A stretch of 64,000 nucleotides of DNA from positions 64,001-128,000 of the forward strand of contig OZ244188.1 in the NCBI GenBank assembly GCA_965216635.1, written 5' to 3'. The notes under the pieces were generated by a model. That model was not told the origin of the DNA, searched no databases, and saw only the letters and a list, made by a program, of their open reading frames with translations. This document shows, piece by piece, positions 1-9,139 of this stretch. The position numbers and the translations under genes were made by a program. The DNA comes from a bacterium (GTDB lineage Bacteria > SAR324 > XYD2-FULL-50-16 > G965216635). Position 1 is the first letter of the stretch, and every line of letters begins with the position of its first letter.

Positions 1-864
1 CGTCATCACAAATAACAACATAATAATAGCGCTGGAAGCTCCTAATGCTACTCTACCTCTAGTAAAAGTATGAGCGTACATAAAAGTAGCAGGCAAGTCC
101 GAAGCAAAACCAGGTCCTCCTCTAGTCAAGGCAATTACCAAATCAAAACTTTTTACTGCAATCTGTGAAACAAGAATAATAGATATAAAAAATATTGGTT
201 TGAGTGCGGGAATAATAATACTCCAATAGATTCTTGGCAATCTCGCTCCATCTATTTGGGCTACTTTGATAATATTATCGTCTATTCCTCGCAGACCTGC
301 TAAAAAAAGAGCCATTATAAAACCTGAAGACTGCCAAACAGCCGCTATAATCAAAGTATACACAACTCTTTCGGGATTAACCAACCAATCCATTTCAAAA
401 CTTTCCCATCCTAAATCCTGCATCGTTTTTTGTAATCCTAAACCAGGGTTTAAAATCCAACGCCAAGCAGTTCCAGTTACGATAAAAGATAAAGCCATTG
501 GATAGAGGTAGATAGAACGCAAAAACCCTTCTATTCTAATTTTTTGATCCAAAAAAATGGCTAACAATAAACCGATAAGCACCGACAAAAAAACAAAGGC
601 ACTTCCAAAAACTAGCAGATTTTTCATTGCCAACCACCATCTTTCATTGCTAAATAAAAGTTTGTATTGGGCTAAACCCGCAAATTTGGAGACAGGGAGT
701 AAAGTAGATTTGGTTAAGGAAATCCAGCCAGTCCAAAAAATAAATCCATAAATAAAAATAGTAGCAATAAGAAATGTAGGCGAGACAACTAGTTTAGGTA
801 AAATATGTTCCCAATTCTTTAGTAACAGAAATCTTTTGGTATTTTTTAAGTAGGTTTTTACCAT
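1..864 (-). CDS. Carbohydrate (glucose-type) ABC transporter permease, 3' end outside window
   Basis: Manually translated (absent from ORF track): ATG at 864, MVKTYLKN...LPKLVVSPTFLIATIFIYGFIFWTGWISLT...ASSAIIMLLFVMT at the window edge; hydrophobic; follows the sugar-binding protein. Confidence 0.85.
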   Translation of the reverse strand, partial: MVKTYLKNTKRFLLLKNWEHILPKLVVSPTFLIATIFIYGFIFWTGWISLTKSTLLPVSKFAGLAQYKLLFSNERWWLAMKNLLVFGSAFVFLSVLIGLLLAIFLDQKIRIEGFLRSIYLYPMALSFIVTGTAWRWILNPGLGLQKTMQDLGWESFEMDWLVNPERVVYTLIIAAVWQSSGFIMALFLAGLRGIDDNIIKVAQIDGARLPRIYWSIIIPALKPIFFISIILVSQIAVKSFDLVIALTRGGPGFASDLPATFMYAHTFTRGRVALGASSAIIMLLFVMT

Positions 865-888
865 AAACTTAAGGAATGGAATTTAAAA

Positions 889-917
889 TTGACTCTTGTG
901 GAAGACACAAGAGTCAA
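889..917 (-). terminator. Intercistronic stem-loop (terminator or mRNA stabiliser)
   Basis: TTGACTCTTGTG-gaaga-CACAAGAGTCAA inverted repeat between binding-protein and permease genes. Confidence 0.6.
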
Positions 918-923
918 AGTTTT

Positions 924-2189
924 TTATTTGGCAGATTTTACAGCAGAAGCTAGTGCTTTTGCGGCATCTTTGGAGGACTGTTTTGAATTAAAAAACTTAG
1001 TCACTACATCATAAATCTGTCCTTGCGGCGCTGGAAAAGTGGACATACCATGTGCCATACTTGGCACAAGAGTTCCTTTTTTAGCCGTATTCGCAAAATC
1101 TTTTACAGATTTTTTGGCACAAGCATCAAATTTATCCAAAGGCACTCCAGGGCGAACAGGAATAGAACCTTTATTCAAATTGAAAACTTCTTGAAATTGA
1201 GGTTCCATAATCAAACGAGCAAAAGCTTGCTGTGCTTTTTTATTTTCCGAATTGGACTGTGTGAATAAAATAAAACTATCAATATTAAAGGTATAGTCTT
1301 TACCTGTACCGGGAACAGCCACACAATCATACTCCTTACCTGGTTTTTTTCCAGCAGCTGTAAATTCACCTTTAGCCCAATCACCCATAATCTGCATTCC
1401 AGCCTTACCTTCAATAACCATCGCAGTTGCTAGATTCCAATCTCTACCCGCTGCGTTTTTATCTACATACTTCTGATATTTTCTAAAAGTATCAAAAGCC
1501 TTAACCATTGTCCTGCTACCCAGTGCATTTATATCCAAATCCACAAAAACCTTGTTATAAAACTTCGCTCCACCAACAGCTAGAACAATAGATTCAAAAA
1601 CTGTAGTGTCTTGCCAAGCTTGACCACCGTGAGCAATAGGTAAAAATCCAGCTTTTTGAATTTTATCTGCTGCTTTAAAGAGATCATTCCAAGTTTTAGG
1701 AACCTTCGCTTTTGATTTTTTGAAAACAGCTTTATTAATCCAAAGCCAATTGACGCGATGCACATTCACAGGAACAGCAACATAATTGCCTTTGTATTTC
1801 ATCACATCACTAACTACAGCTGGTAACAATTCATCCCATTTATTCGTTTTGGCTACGCTGTTGATATTTGCCAAACTGCCTGTTTCTCCCCATTCTTGAA
1901 TAGCAGGACCTTTTACTTGAGCCGCTGCTGGAGGTTTTCCAGAAATTACTCTAGTTTTTAGAACAGTTGCCGCATTTTCCCCTGCACCACCAGCTACAGC
2001 AAAGTCTTTCCATTTGTAGCCTTCTTTTTCCAAAAGTATTTTAAGCTCAGCGACAGAACGAGCCTCACCACCAGAAGTCCAGTAGTGTAACACTTCTACT
2101 TCACCTGCTGCAAAAGCAGCTGGAACAGTAACACATAAAAAAGCTAACAAAATAGAAAGCTTTTTTATGAAATTGTATTTTTGTTTCAT
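924..2189 (-). CDS. Sugar ABC transporter substrate-binding protein (GtsA/glucose-binding-like)
   Basis: Signal peptide, VEVLHYWTSGGE, VPVNVHRVNWLW, MQIMGDWAKGEF, FNLNKGSIP motifs. Confidence 0.9.
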   Translation of the reverse strand: MKQKYNFIKKLSILLAFLCVTVPAAFAAGEVEVLHYWTSGGEARSVAELKILLEKEGYKWKDFAVAGGAGENAATVLKTRVISGKPPAAAQVKGPAIQEWGETGSLANINSVAKTNKWDELLPAVVSDVMKYKGNYVAVPVNVHRVNWLWINKAVFKKSKAKVPKTWNDLFKAADKIQKAGFLPIAHGGQAWQDTTVFESIVLAVGGAKFYNKVFVDLDINALGSRTMVKAFDTFRKYQKYVDKNAAGRDWNLATAMVIEGKAGMQIMGDWAKGEFTAAGKKPGKEYDCVAVPGTGKDYTFNIDSFILFTQSNSENKKAQQAFARLIMEPQFQEVFNLNKGSIPVRPGVPLDKFDACAKKSVKDFANTAKKGTLVPSMAHGMSTFPAPQGQIYDVVTKFFNSKQSSKDAAKALASAVKSAK

Positions 2190-2223
2190 TTTTTTTTATT
2201 GTTGAAATTAAAAATAAGTAATA

Positions 2224-2357
2224 TAGACCTTTGAATTTGCGTTATGTGATGGCTAGCCAAATGGCTAGAACAGGTGCGAATTTATTGCTTAACCCACACC
2301 CTATTCCAAGCAATAAACTTGCTTAGGCTAAACTAGATAAGCAAATCCAAAAGTATA
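2224..2357. mobile_element. Palindromic MITE-like repeat (TAGACCTTTGAATTTGC family)
   Basis: Left TIR TAGACCTTTGAATTTGC, right GCAAATCCAAAAGTATA; shared arm GGCTAGCCAAATGGyTAGAACAGGTGCG. Confidence 0.75.
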
Positions 2358-2573
2358 TTACTTTGAAGTAGCTATAGAGAAGGCTATTATAAATGTCAAG
2401 CAAAAATTTTTAAGTATTTGAAAAAAACACAAAATTTTTGTTTTTATGGAGGAGCTACGCTACAATGCCCCCTATAAACATAACCTCCTTCTCAATTTTC
2501 TAAGGGAGAGTTAATGCCCTAATGCAGCAGCTAAACAGAAATACAACAAAAAGCTTGTTGGCTAAACAGAACG

Positions 2574-3056
2574 CTAATTCAGTAGTCTCACGATGGATTT
2601 GTAAATATTAGGAATGCCCCTATGAATTTTTAAAACCGTGCTATGCACAAAATTTTCTAGGTGATTATTTCCAAATACAGAACTTTCTACATCGTCTTCT
2701 AAGTCACTTTTTTCCCCAAAACTAAGTTCATTAAAAAGATAAGATTTTTGTTGAAAATTTCTTTTTAGAAACTTTTGATGCTCTTTTGTCATGCAAATTA
2801 TAATATCTTGTGCTTCAAGTACTTCTTTTGAAACTTTTGTTTGTTGGTGTGAAAAAGGCTGAATTCCTAATTCTGCCAATTTTTCTAGCGTATAACTATA
2901 GGGGGTATCAGGATAGGCTTCTGTGCCAGCGGAAAGAATCTTAAAACGGTTATCTTTTTTTTCTAAAAGAGCTTTCTCTAAAAGTTTTTGTGCACTCAAA
3001 GAGCGAAAAATATTTTGTGTGCAAACAAAAAGAACTTGAATTTTTTGATGGGACAT
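2574..3056 (-). CDS. Low-molecular-weight protein-tyrosine phosphatase / ArsC-like protein
   Basis: VLFVCTQNIFRS (C-X5-R P-loop), SAGT, DIIICMT motifs. Confidence 0.8.
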   Translation of the reverse strand: MSHQKIQVLFVCTQNIFRSLSAQKLLEKALLEKKDNRFKILSAGTEAYPDTPYSYTLEKLAELGIQPFSHQQTKVSKEVLEAQDIIICMTKEHQKFLKRNFQQKSYLFNELSFGEKSDLEDDVESSVFGNNHLENFVHSTVLKIHRGIPNIYKSIVRLLN

Positions 3057-3260
3057 AGTGCAGACATAATATTATCCAAAATCCTCTTATGAGTTTAATT
3101 GCAAAAATCCTCTAAAACGCCTAAGGACTGTTGCATTAGCCATACAAGAGAGACTGTTCCAACCATTTGGCTAGCCTTTCTTTTTTGCCTTATTTAGACA
3201 TAACGCAAGGTTTGTATCGCAGTCCCATTGTTGTGGCACTACAACATTGAAAAAAATATT

Positions 3261-3710
3261 TTATTTTTCAAAAAATATCAAGACTACTATCAACAGTATA
3301 GTATAGCCTGTAACCATTCCAAGGATCCATTGGAGTAAAACATTTTTGCTTTCTACTATTTTCCTCTCAATGTCTTTTATTTTACTCTCCAAGTCACTTT
3401 TGATTTCTGCTATTTTAGCCTCCAAGTCGTTTTTGTTTTCTGCCATTTTACTCTCAATGCCTTTTATTTTTAGCACAAGATTGGTGTGATTTTCCGAAAT
3501 TGTGGATTCCAATCTCCAGATATCTACTTTACTCACTGGAGCAGTAGCATCTAAACCTGTTTTTTTTTCATTGAAGGTTAAAATTTTGGGAATATCTTTT
3601 ACAAATTCTCCGATGGCAAGTTTTGTTTTCTTTTCATCGGCACCTAGCCCGATCAAAAGATCGTAGATTTTAGTAGAAGAGAATTTTTTTGTTTTTGCTG
3701 TTCTTAACAT
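3261..3710 (-). CDS. Membrane-anchored coiled-coil protein (DUF1640/CCDC90/Bdr-like), copy 1
   Basis: Helical head, VSKVDI neck, 11-residue coiled-coil repeats, C-terminal TM (LLQWILGMV...). Confidence 0.65.
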   Translation of the reverse strand: MLRTAKTKKFSSTKIYDLLIGLGADEKKTKLAIGEFVKDIPKILTFNEKKTGLDATAPVSKVDIWRLESTISENHTNLVLKIKGIESKMAENKNDLEAKIAEIKSDLESKIKDIERKIVESKNVLLQWILGMVTGYTILLIVVLIFFEK

Positions 3711-3959
3711 TTTATATAAATTAAGGAGGTTTTCAACGATTGCTTTGGCTAAACAGCTAGTTTTGTCCTATTTGCCAAATAGGACAAAACGACAGTCTAT
3801 ATTATTTATTTCTATAATAATAAATCAATCCGTTAAAGTCAAGCAAATAATAAAAAAGCGTCTAAAATTCTGATAGGCTTTTTATAGAAAAAAAGAATTT
3901 TTCAAAAAATGCTCTCTGTATATAAAGAAAAAAAAACGATAAATTTCTTGATATTTTCT

Positions 3960-4350
3960 TTAGCGAAATTTTAAGACGAAGCGGATAAAAAGAGAAACAG
4001 GTGCTTCTACTTCTATCGTTGTTTTTGTAGGCACAGTTACTGGGTCTAGGCGTTCTGTTTCTGTTTGCACTGCACCATATCTTGGAGTTACTGTTCTTTC
4101 TACTAGTATTCTTCTATCCTCTTTAGCAAAAGAACCGCCTAAAAAACTTCCTCTATTATCAAGAAAATAAATTACCTCATTATTTTCTTGCCCACCTAAA
4201 GTACTACCTACCAATGCATAGTCGGTAGCAGAATCCGGCACGTTCGGTAGTGCTACTGAGGTTCTTGTTGATTCTGGTGCTGCATTGGTCTGTTTTATAG
4301 AGAACTTTGTCCCCAACCAGAGCAGTCCCGCTTCTATGGAAAAGTTTTTG
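3960..4350 (-). pseudogene. 5'-truncated variant copy of the OMP at 5330-6559 (last strands plus variable loop)
   Basis: Near-identical to 5330-5723, begins at the duplication junction, lacks signal peptide and most of the barrel. Confidence 0.8.
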
Positions 4351-4416
4351 TGCGCTCAAAGAGCGAAAAATATTTTGTGTGCAAACAAAAAGAACTTGAA
4401 TTTTTTGATGGGACAT
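4340..4416 (-). pseudogene. Truncated duplicate of the LMW-PTP N-terminus, fused out of frame to OMP sequence
   Basis: MSHQKIQVLFVCTQNIFRSLSAQKL identical to the 3056 gene, then junction. Confidence 0.8.
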
Positions 4417-4620
4417 AGTGCAGACATAATATTATCCAAAATCCTCTTGTGAGTTTAATTGCAAAAATCCTCTAAAACGCCTAAGGACTGTTGCATTAGC
4501 CATACAAGAGAGACTGTTCTAACCATTTGGCTAGCCTTTCTTTTTTGCCTTATTTAGACATAACGCAAGGTTTGTATCGCAGTCCCATTATTGTGGCACT
4601 ACAACATTGAAAAAAATATT

Positions 4621-5103
4621 TTATTTTTCAAAAAATCTCAAGACTACTATCAACAGTATAGTATAGCCTGTAACCATTCCAAGGATCCATTGGAGTAAAA
4701 CATTTTTGCTTTCTACTATTTTCCTCTCAATGTCTTTTATTTTACTCTCCAAGTCACTTTTGATTTCCGCTAATTTAGCCTCCAAGTCGTTTTTGCTTTT
4801 TGTTATTTTAGCCTCCAAGTCGTTTTTGTTTTCTACCATTTTACTCTCAATGCCTTTTATTTTTAGCACAAGATTGGTGTGATTTTCCGAAATTGTGGAT
4901 TCCAATCTCCAGATATCTACTTTACTCACTGGAGCAGTAGCATCTAAACCTGTTTTTTTTTCATTGAAGGTTAAAATTTTGGGAATATCTTTTACAAATT
5001 CTCCGATGGCAAGTTCTGTTTTCTTTTCATCGGCACCTAGCCCGATCAAAAGATCGTAGATTTTACTAGAAGAGAATTTTTTCGTTCTTGCTGTTCTTAG
5101 CAT
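4621..5103 (-). CDS. Membrane-anchored coiled-coil protein (DUF1640/CCDC90/Bdr-like), copy 2
   Basis: Paralog of 3261-3710 with one extra 33-bp/11-aa unit. Confidence 0.65.
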   Translation of the reverse strand: MLRTARTKKFSSSKIYDLLIGLGADEKKTELAIGEFVKDIPKILTFNEKKTGLDATAPVSKVDIWRLESTISENHTNLVLKIKGIESKMVENKNDLEAKITKSKNDLEAKLAEIKSDLESKIKDIERKIVESKNVLLQWILGMVTGYTILLIVVLRFFEK

Positions 5104-5329
5104 TTTATATAAATTAAGGAGGTTTTCAACGATTGCTTTGGCTAAACAGAATGCAAATTCAAAGGTCTATATTATTTATTTCTATAATAATAAATCAATC
5201 CGCTAAAGTCAAGCAAATAATAAAAAAGCGTCTAAAATTCTGATAGGCTTTTTATAGAAAAAAAGAATTTTTCAAAAAATGCTCTCTGTATATAAAGAAA
5301 AAAAAAAGATAAATTTCTTGATATTTTCT

Positions 5330-6559
5330 TTAGCGAAATTTTAAGACGAAGCGGATAAAAAGAGAAACAGGTGCTTCTACTTCTATCGTTGTTTTTGTAG
5401 GCACAGTTACTGGGTCTAGGGTTTCTCTGTTCGTAGGTTGCACTGCACCATATCTTGGAGTTACTGTTCTTTTTACTTTTATTCTTCTATCCTCTTTAGC
5501 AAAAGAACCGCTTAAATAACTTCCTCTATTATCAAGAAAATAAATTACCTCATTATTTTCTTGCCCACCTAAAGTACTACCTACCAATGCATAGTCGGTA
5601 GCAGAATCCGGCACGTTCGGCAGTGCTACTGAGGTTTTTGTTGGCTCTGGTGCTGCATTGGTCTGTTTTATAGAGAACTTTGTCCCCAACCAGAGCAGTC
5701 CCGCTTCTATGGAAAAGTTTTTGCTAAAATTCCGCTTATAGCCAAAATGAATGGCGGGGGCTATTTTTGAATCCGAGCCCAGCGCAGTCTCTAGCTTGGC
5801 TTGGGCTAAACCAGCTCCTGCATAAAGCCCGTAGGGCAGGAAGTAATCTACTATTACAATTTGACTGTTCAGTTTATCGTCTCCCGCACTCCATTGGTGC
5901 AGGCTCAAAGAAACACGAAACTTTTCAAAGTCGTAGCCTAGTTGCAATCCGTTACCTGCTAAACTGGTATTTTCGCTGTTAACAGAAACAGTACTAGAAG
6001 AATCCACAACTGTTCCTGCTATAGATTGACTAAAAGAAGCTGCAAGCCCTTGGAAGTGGTTGTAACAGGCATCTGCCTTTGTGTTTTTTTCAGCGGTTGC
6101 ATCAGCATTAGAATTTGCGTTGAACTGCTGAGCAAAATAGGTTCCCATACCATCGTAAGTATTATCTTTACAAGAACCCAATACAGCCTTTTTTGCTCTT
6201 TCACTGTCAACCAAACGGTAAACAAAATTCATATCAGTGTCATACCTTTCTACTGCATCGGTGGTGCTCGCAGTGAATGTGACGCTCGTAGAATCCAATG
6301 TTCTGGTGCCAGTTGTTTCTACTTCTATAAGGGTGGTGTTTTCTGTAGTGGTTTTGATTTTAGCACCTAGATAAAAGGGACTAACCCCGATAGACCAACC
6401 TTGCTGTCTTGCTTCTTGGGCTTGCAGATTATTTACTCCCGCAAAAAGTAAAAGCAAGCACGAAAGCGAAGCTAAAATTGCCAGCGTTATTTTGTTTGAT
6501 TTCATAATTTCTTTTGTTTGCATAATTTCTTTTGATTTTATAATTTTTTGAGGTTTCAT
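5330..6559 (-). CDS. Putative outer-membrane beta-barrel protein with large variable loop inserts (subfamily A1)
   Basis: Signal peptide ...LQA-Q, amphipathic strands (GLQLGYDF, GLYAGAGLA, IHFGYKRNF, SLFIRFVLKF), Thr-rich inserts, Cys pair; paralog at 45804. Confidence 0.7.
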   Translation of the reverse strand: MKPQKIIKSKEIMQTKEIMKSNKITLAILASLSCLLLLFAGVNNLQAQEARQQGWSIGVSPFYLGAKIKTTTENTTLIEVETTGTRTLDSTSVTFTASTTDAVERYDTDMNFVYRLVDSERAKKAVLGSCKDNTYDGMGTYFAQQFNANSNADATAEKNTKADACYNHFQGLAASFSQSIAGTVVDSSSTVSVNSENTSLAGNGLQLGYDFEKFRVSLSLHQWSAGDDKLNSQIVIVDYFLPYGLYAGAGLAQAKLETALGSDSKIAPAIHFGYKRNFSKNFSIEAGLLWLGTKFSIKQTNAAPEPTKTSVALPNVPDSATDYALVGSTLGGQENNEVIYFLDNRGSYLSGSFAKEDRRIKVKRTVTPRYGAVQPTNRETLDPVTVPTKTTIEVEAPVSLFIRFVLKFR

Positions 6560-6615
6560 AGTCTTTTTAATGGTTAATTTTGGTTATTTAGTTTTATTTT
6601 TATAAAACTTTATAA

Positions 6616-6644
6616 AGGGTAACTAAAAAAATAAAAACAATCAA
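6616..6644 (-). promoter_or_regulatory. Putative sigma70 promoter of OMP A1
   Basis: TTGATT-N17-TACCCT on minus strand; same element conserved upstream of the paralog (45739-45767). Confidence 0.45.
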
Positions 6645-6818
6645 TCTTTTTTTTTTTAGTTTGCTTGTTTTTGGTTATTTTTGGTTTTTATTGGGGGGGG
6701 AATTTTCTAAAATGCTATAAAATCCCAACAATAAACTTAAATATAGGCAAAGTTTGAACTATTTTTAGTCAAAAAACAACCACTATTTTTTAAAAAAGAA
6801 CTTTTTTTAAAATAAATA

Positions 6819-6913
6819 TGAGACCTAGAAAAATTTTAGACTATGAGATTTTTTTTCAACGCCGCATAGGCTAAACAGCTAGTTTTGTCCTATTTGGCAA
6901 ATTCAAAAGTCTC
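6819..6913. mobile_element. Palindromic MITE-like repeat, partial
   Basis: CAACGCCGCATAGGCTAAACAGCTAGTTTTGTCCTATTTGGCAAATTCAAAAGTCTCA right arm and TIR. Confidence 0.65.
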
Positions 6914-6991
6914 ACAAAATTTGTTATACTTGACATGTTGCTCTTGATTTGTTTTATTGGGAGCTTGAATGGGCGGTTTGAAAATTTCAAA

Positions 6992-8278
6992 ATGAAAATA
7001 GCACTACTAATCACTGGAGATGAAATCCTTAAAGGAGATTTAAGAGATTCTAATAGTTATTATCTGATTCAAAAATTTACTGATTTAGGACAACGCGTTT
7101 CTCAAGTAGTAATACTGGGAGATGACCCCAATGCGTTATCTGCTAAAATCAAATGCCTTGCAAAAAATTTTGATATTTTAATGGTGAACGGAGGTTTGGG
7201 TCCTACAATAGACGATTATACCTCACAGGCTCTTTCGGGAGCTATGAATTCTCCCTTAGTGGAAAACAAAGAAGCAAAAGAGCAGCTAAATAATATACTC
7301 AAAGAAAAAGGCAAAAAAATAAACCAAGCCAATCTCAAGCAGGCTTATTTACCGAAAAAAGCAAAGCCTATTTTGAATAGAATGGGAACGGCTCCCGGTA
7401 TTTATGCAGAATTGACAGAATGTAAAATTTTCTGTACGCCCGGTGTTCCAAAGGAGCTTTTTATAATGTTTGAAGAACAGGTTATGCCTGCTCTAGTTTC
7501 TAGTCTAGGCGAGCATAAACATTTTTTTTCTCTGGCAGAGACTATGTTACTGCGATCTTTTGGGGCTGGAGAATCTTGGCTACAAGAAATATTAAGCCAA
7601 AAATTTTCTCTCGTGGGTAGCTCTATTAAACTAGGATTTCGTGCCCACTTTCCCTATGTAGATATTAAACTTACTATTTTTTCTCAAAAACACAAAAACA
7701 ATTTACAACAAAAATTCCAAGAATTACAAACTTTACTGCAAGACTATACCGTAGCTTTTCAAGAAATGAGTTTAGGAGAAAAGCTGGTGCAAATTTTAAG
7801 CACTCAAAATAAAAAAATAGTTTTTGCTGAATCCTGCACTGGAGGCTTGGCGTCTTCTTTGATTACAGAAGTAGCGGGTGCATCGCAAGTATTTCAGGCG
7901 GGCTATATTACCTACCAAACAGAAGAAAAAAGCTCTTGTCTAGGGGTTTCAAAAAAAGCCTTAGCTAAAGGTGAGGTATCTCAAGAGGTAGTAACAGAAA
8001 TGTTACTCAAAGCCCTCTCCAAATCCAAAAGTGATCTTGGGGCTGCTGTTTCTGGAATTGCAGGTCCTGGCGGGGGTAGCGCTCAAAACCCAGTAGGGAC
8101 AGTTTGGATAGCTTGGGGTTCTAGTCAAAAAATACAAACAAAAAAATTCTCTGTTGCTAGACCAAGAAAAGAATTTCAAATCCTTGCATCGCACTTAGTA
8201 TTAGATTTACTCCGTAGAGATTGTTTGAAAATAGCTTATTTGGATAGCTACTCTTTTGAAACTTCCCTCAAAAAATAA
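6992..8278 (+). CDS. cinA: CinA family competence/damage-inducible protein (NMN deamidase fusion)
   Basis: ITGDEIL, GGLGPTIDD, PGVPKE, AESCTGG, SGIAGPGG; start moved to ATG 6992. Confidence 0.92.
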   Translation: MKIALLITGDEILKGDLRDSNSYYLIQKFTDLGQRVSQVVILGDDPNALSAKIKCLAKNFDILMVNGGLGPTIDDYTSQALSGAMNSPLVENKEAKEQLNNILKEKGKKINQANLKQAYLPKKAKPILNRMGTAPGIYAELTECKIFCTPGVPKELFIMFEEQVMPALVSSLGEHKHFFSLAETMLLRSFGAGESWLQEILSQKFSLVGSSIKLGFRAHFPYVDIKLTIFSQKHKNNLQQKFQELQTLLQDYTVAFQEMSLGEKLVQILSTQNKKIVFAESCTGGLASSLITEVAGASQVFQAGYITYQTEEKSSCLGVSKKALAKGEVSQEVVTEMLLKALSKSKSDLGAAVSGIAGPGGGSAQNPVGTVWIAWGSSQKIQTKKFSVARPRKEFQILASHLVLDLLRRDCLKIAYLDSYSFETSLKK

Positions 8279-8380
8279 GATAGATTTCTAGCCACTGGAT
8301 AAAGGTTTATTTAAGAAAAAGTCAACCCACTACTAAAAAAAAGGCTAGAGTAATTTCTAGCCTTTCCAGATTTTTGAGTA

Positions 8381-8851
8381 TTAATACCCTCCTTTGTCAT
8401 CGTCTTCGTGGTCTTTATCTCTATCTTTCTTGTGACCCTTACGACGGTGTTTGCCTTTTTTTTTGAATTTATCAGCCAAATCAGCGAGTTTTTGTTTTTG
8501 CTTAGCATCCAGAGTTTTATGGAAACTAGCAACCGCATCCATATAGGCTGGAACCATTTTGCTTAGTTGATCCATTTGGGATTGAATATTTTTAGACGCA
8601 GAATTTGCATCAAAATTATCTTTCCCGACTTCTTGGATTACACTATCCCGCATAGTCTCAAAAACATCTTTAGATTGTTTTTGTAGCTTTTCTATTTCTT
8701 CAAAAGAAGATTGAAGAGCTTTTTTTTGACTATCACTCAAATTGAGTTCTTTAGATAGTTTTTTTTGCATACGATCTCCACCACCTCTAAAACATCCACT
8801 TACGGTAACTAGCAAAACAATGGATATAAAACCTAAAATATACTTTTTCAT
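8381..8851 (-). CDS. Spy/CpxP-like periplasmic lipoprotein
   Basis: Lipobox VSGC, LNLSDSQK and LDAKQKQKL (LTXXQ-like) motifs; start moved to ATG 8851. Confidence 0.7.
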   Translation of the reverse strand: MKKYILGFISIVLLVTVSGCFRGGGDRMQKKLSKELNLSDSQKKALQSSFEEIEKLQKQSKDVFETMRDSVIQEVGKDNFDANSASKNIQSQMDQLSKMVPAYMDAVASFHKTLDAKQKQKLADLADKFKKKGKHRRKGHKKDRDKDHEDDDKGGY

Positions 8852-8900
8852 TATTTTAATGTAGAAAAAGGTTAGTATAAGAAACTTCAAAAGTATAAAT

Positions 8901-9040
8901 TAGACTTTTGAATTTGCATTCTGTTTAGCCTATGCAGCGTTGAAAAAAATTTTTAACTCTTGAAATACTTTAGTATTCCAGCGAGCTAAAAATTTTTTTC
9001 GCCTTGCCTAGCCGTCACATAACGCAAATTCAAAGGTCTA
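8901..9040. mobile_element. Palindromic MITE-like repeat, complete minimal copy
   Basis: TAGACTTTTGAATTTGC...GCAAATTCAAAGGTCTA TIRs, central GAAATACTTTAGTATTCC hairpin. Confidence 0.8.
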
Positions 9041-9139
9041 AAATTTTAAAGTCTCTGTGAATAAAAGTTAATTTTTAAACTATTTTGTAGTGGATTTCAT
9101 CTCAAAAGAGTAAAAAATTGTAATAAATTGTAACATAGT

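Larger units (their letters stand above)
2980..5723. repeat. Tandem duplication, about 1.36-1.37 kb x2
   Basis: 2980-4350 matches 4340-5723; 11-bp AAAAGTTTTTG at 2980, 4340 and 5713. Confidence 0.9.

Noticed and set aside
4204..4416. Functional PTP-OMP fusion ORF (70 aa)
   Set aside because: The OMP part is read out of frame; by-product of the duplication junction
3960..5723. Diversity-generating retroelement TR/VR pair
   Set aside because: Several differences involve A, but in both directions, plus a T/C change and an indel; the repeat extends over 1.36 kb; no reverse transcriptase seen
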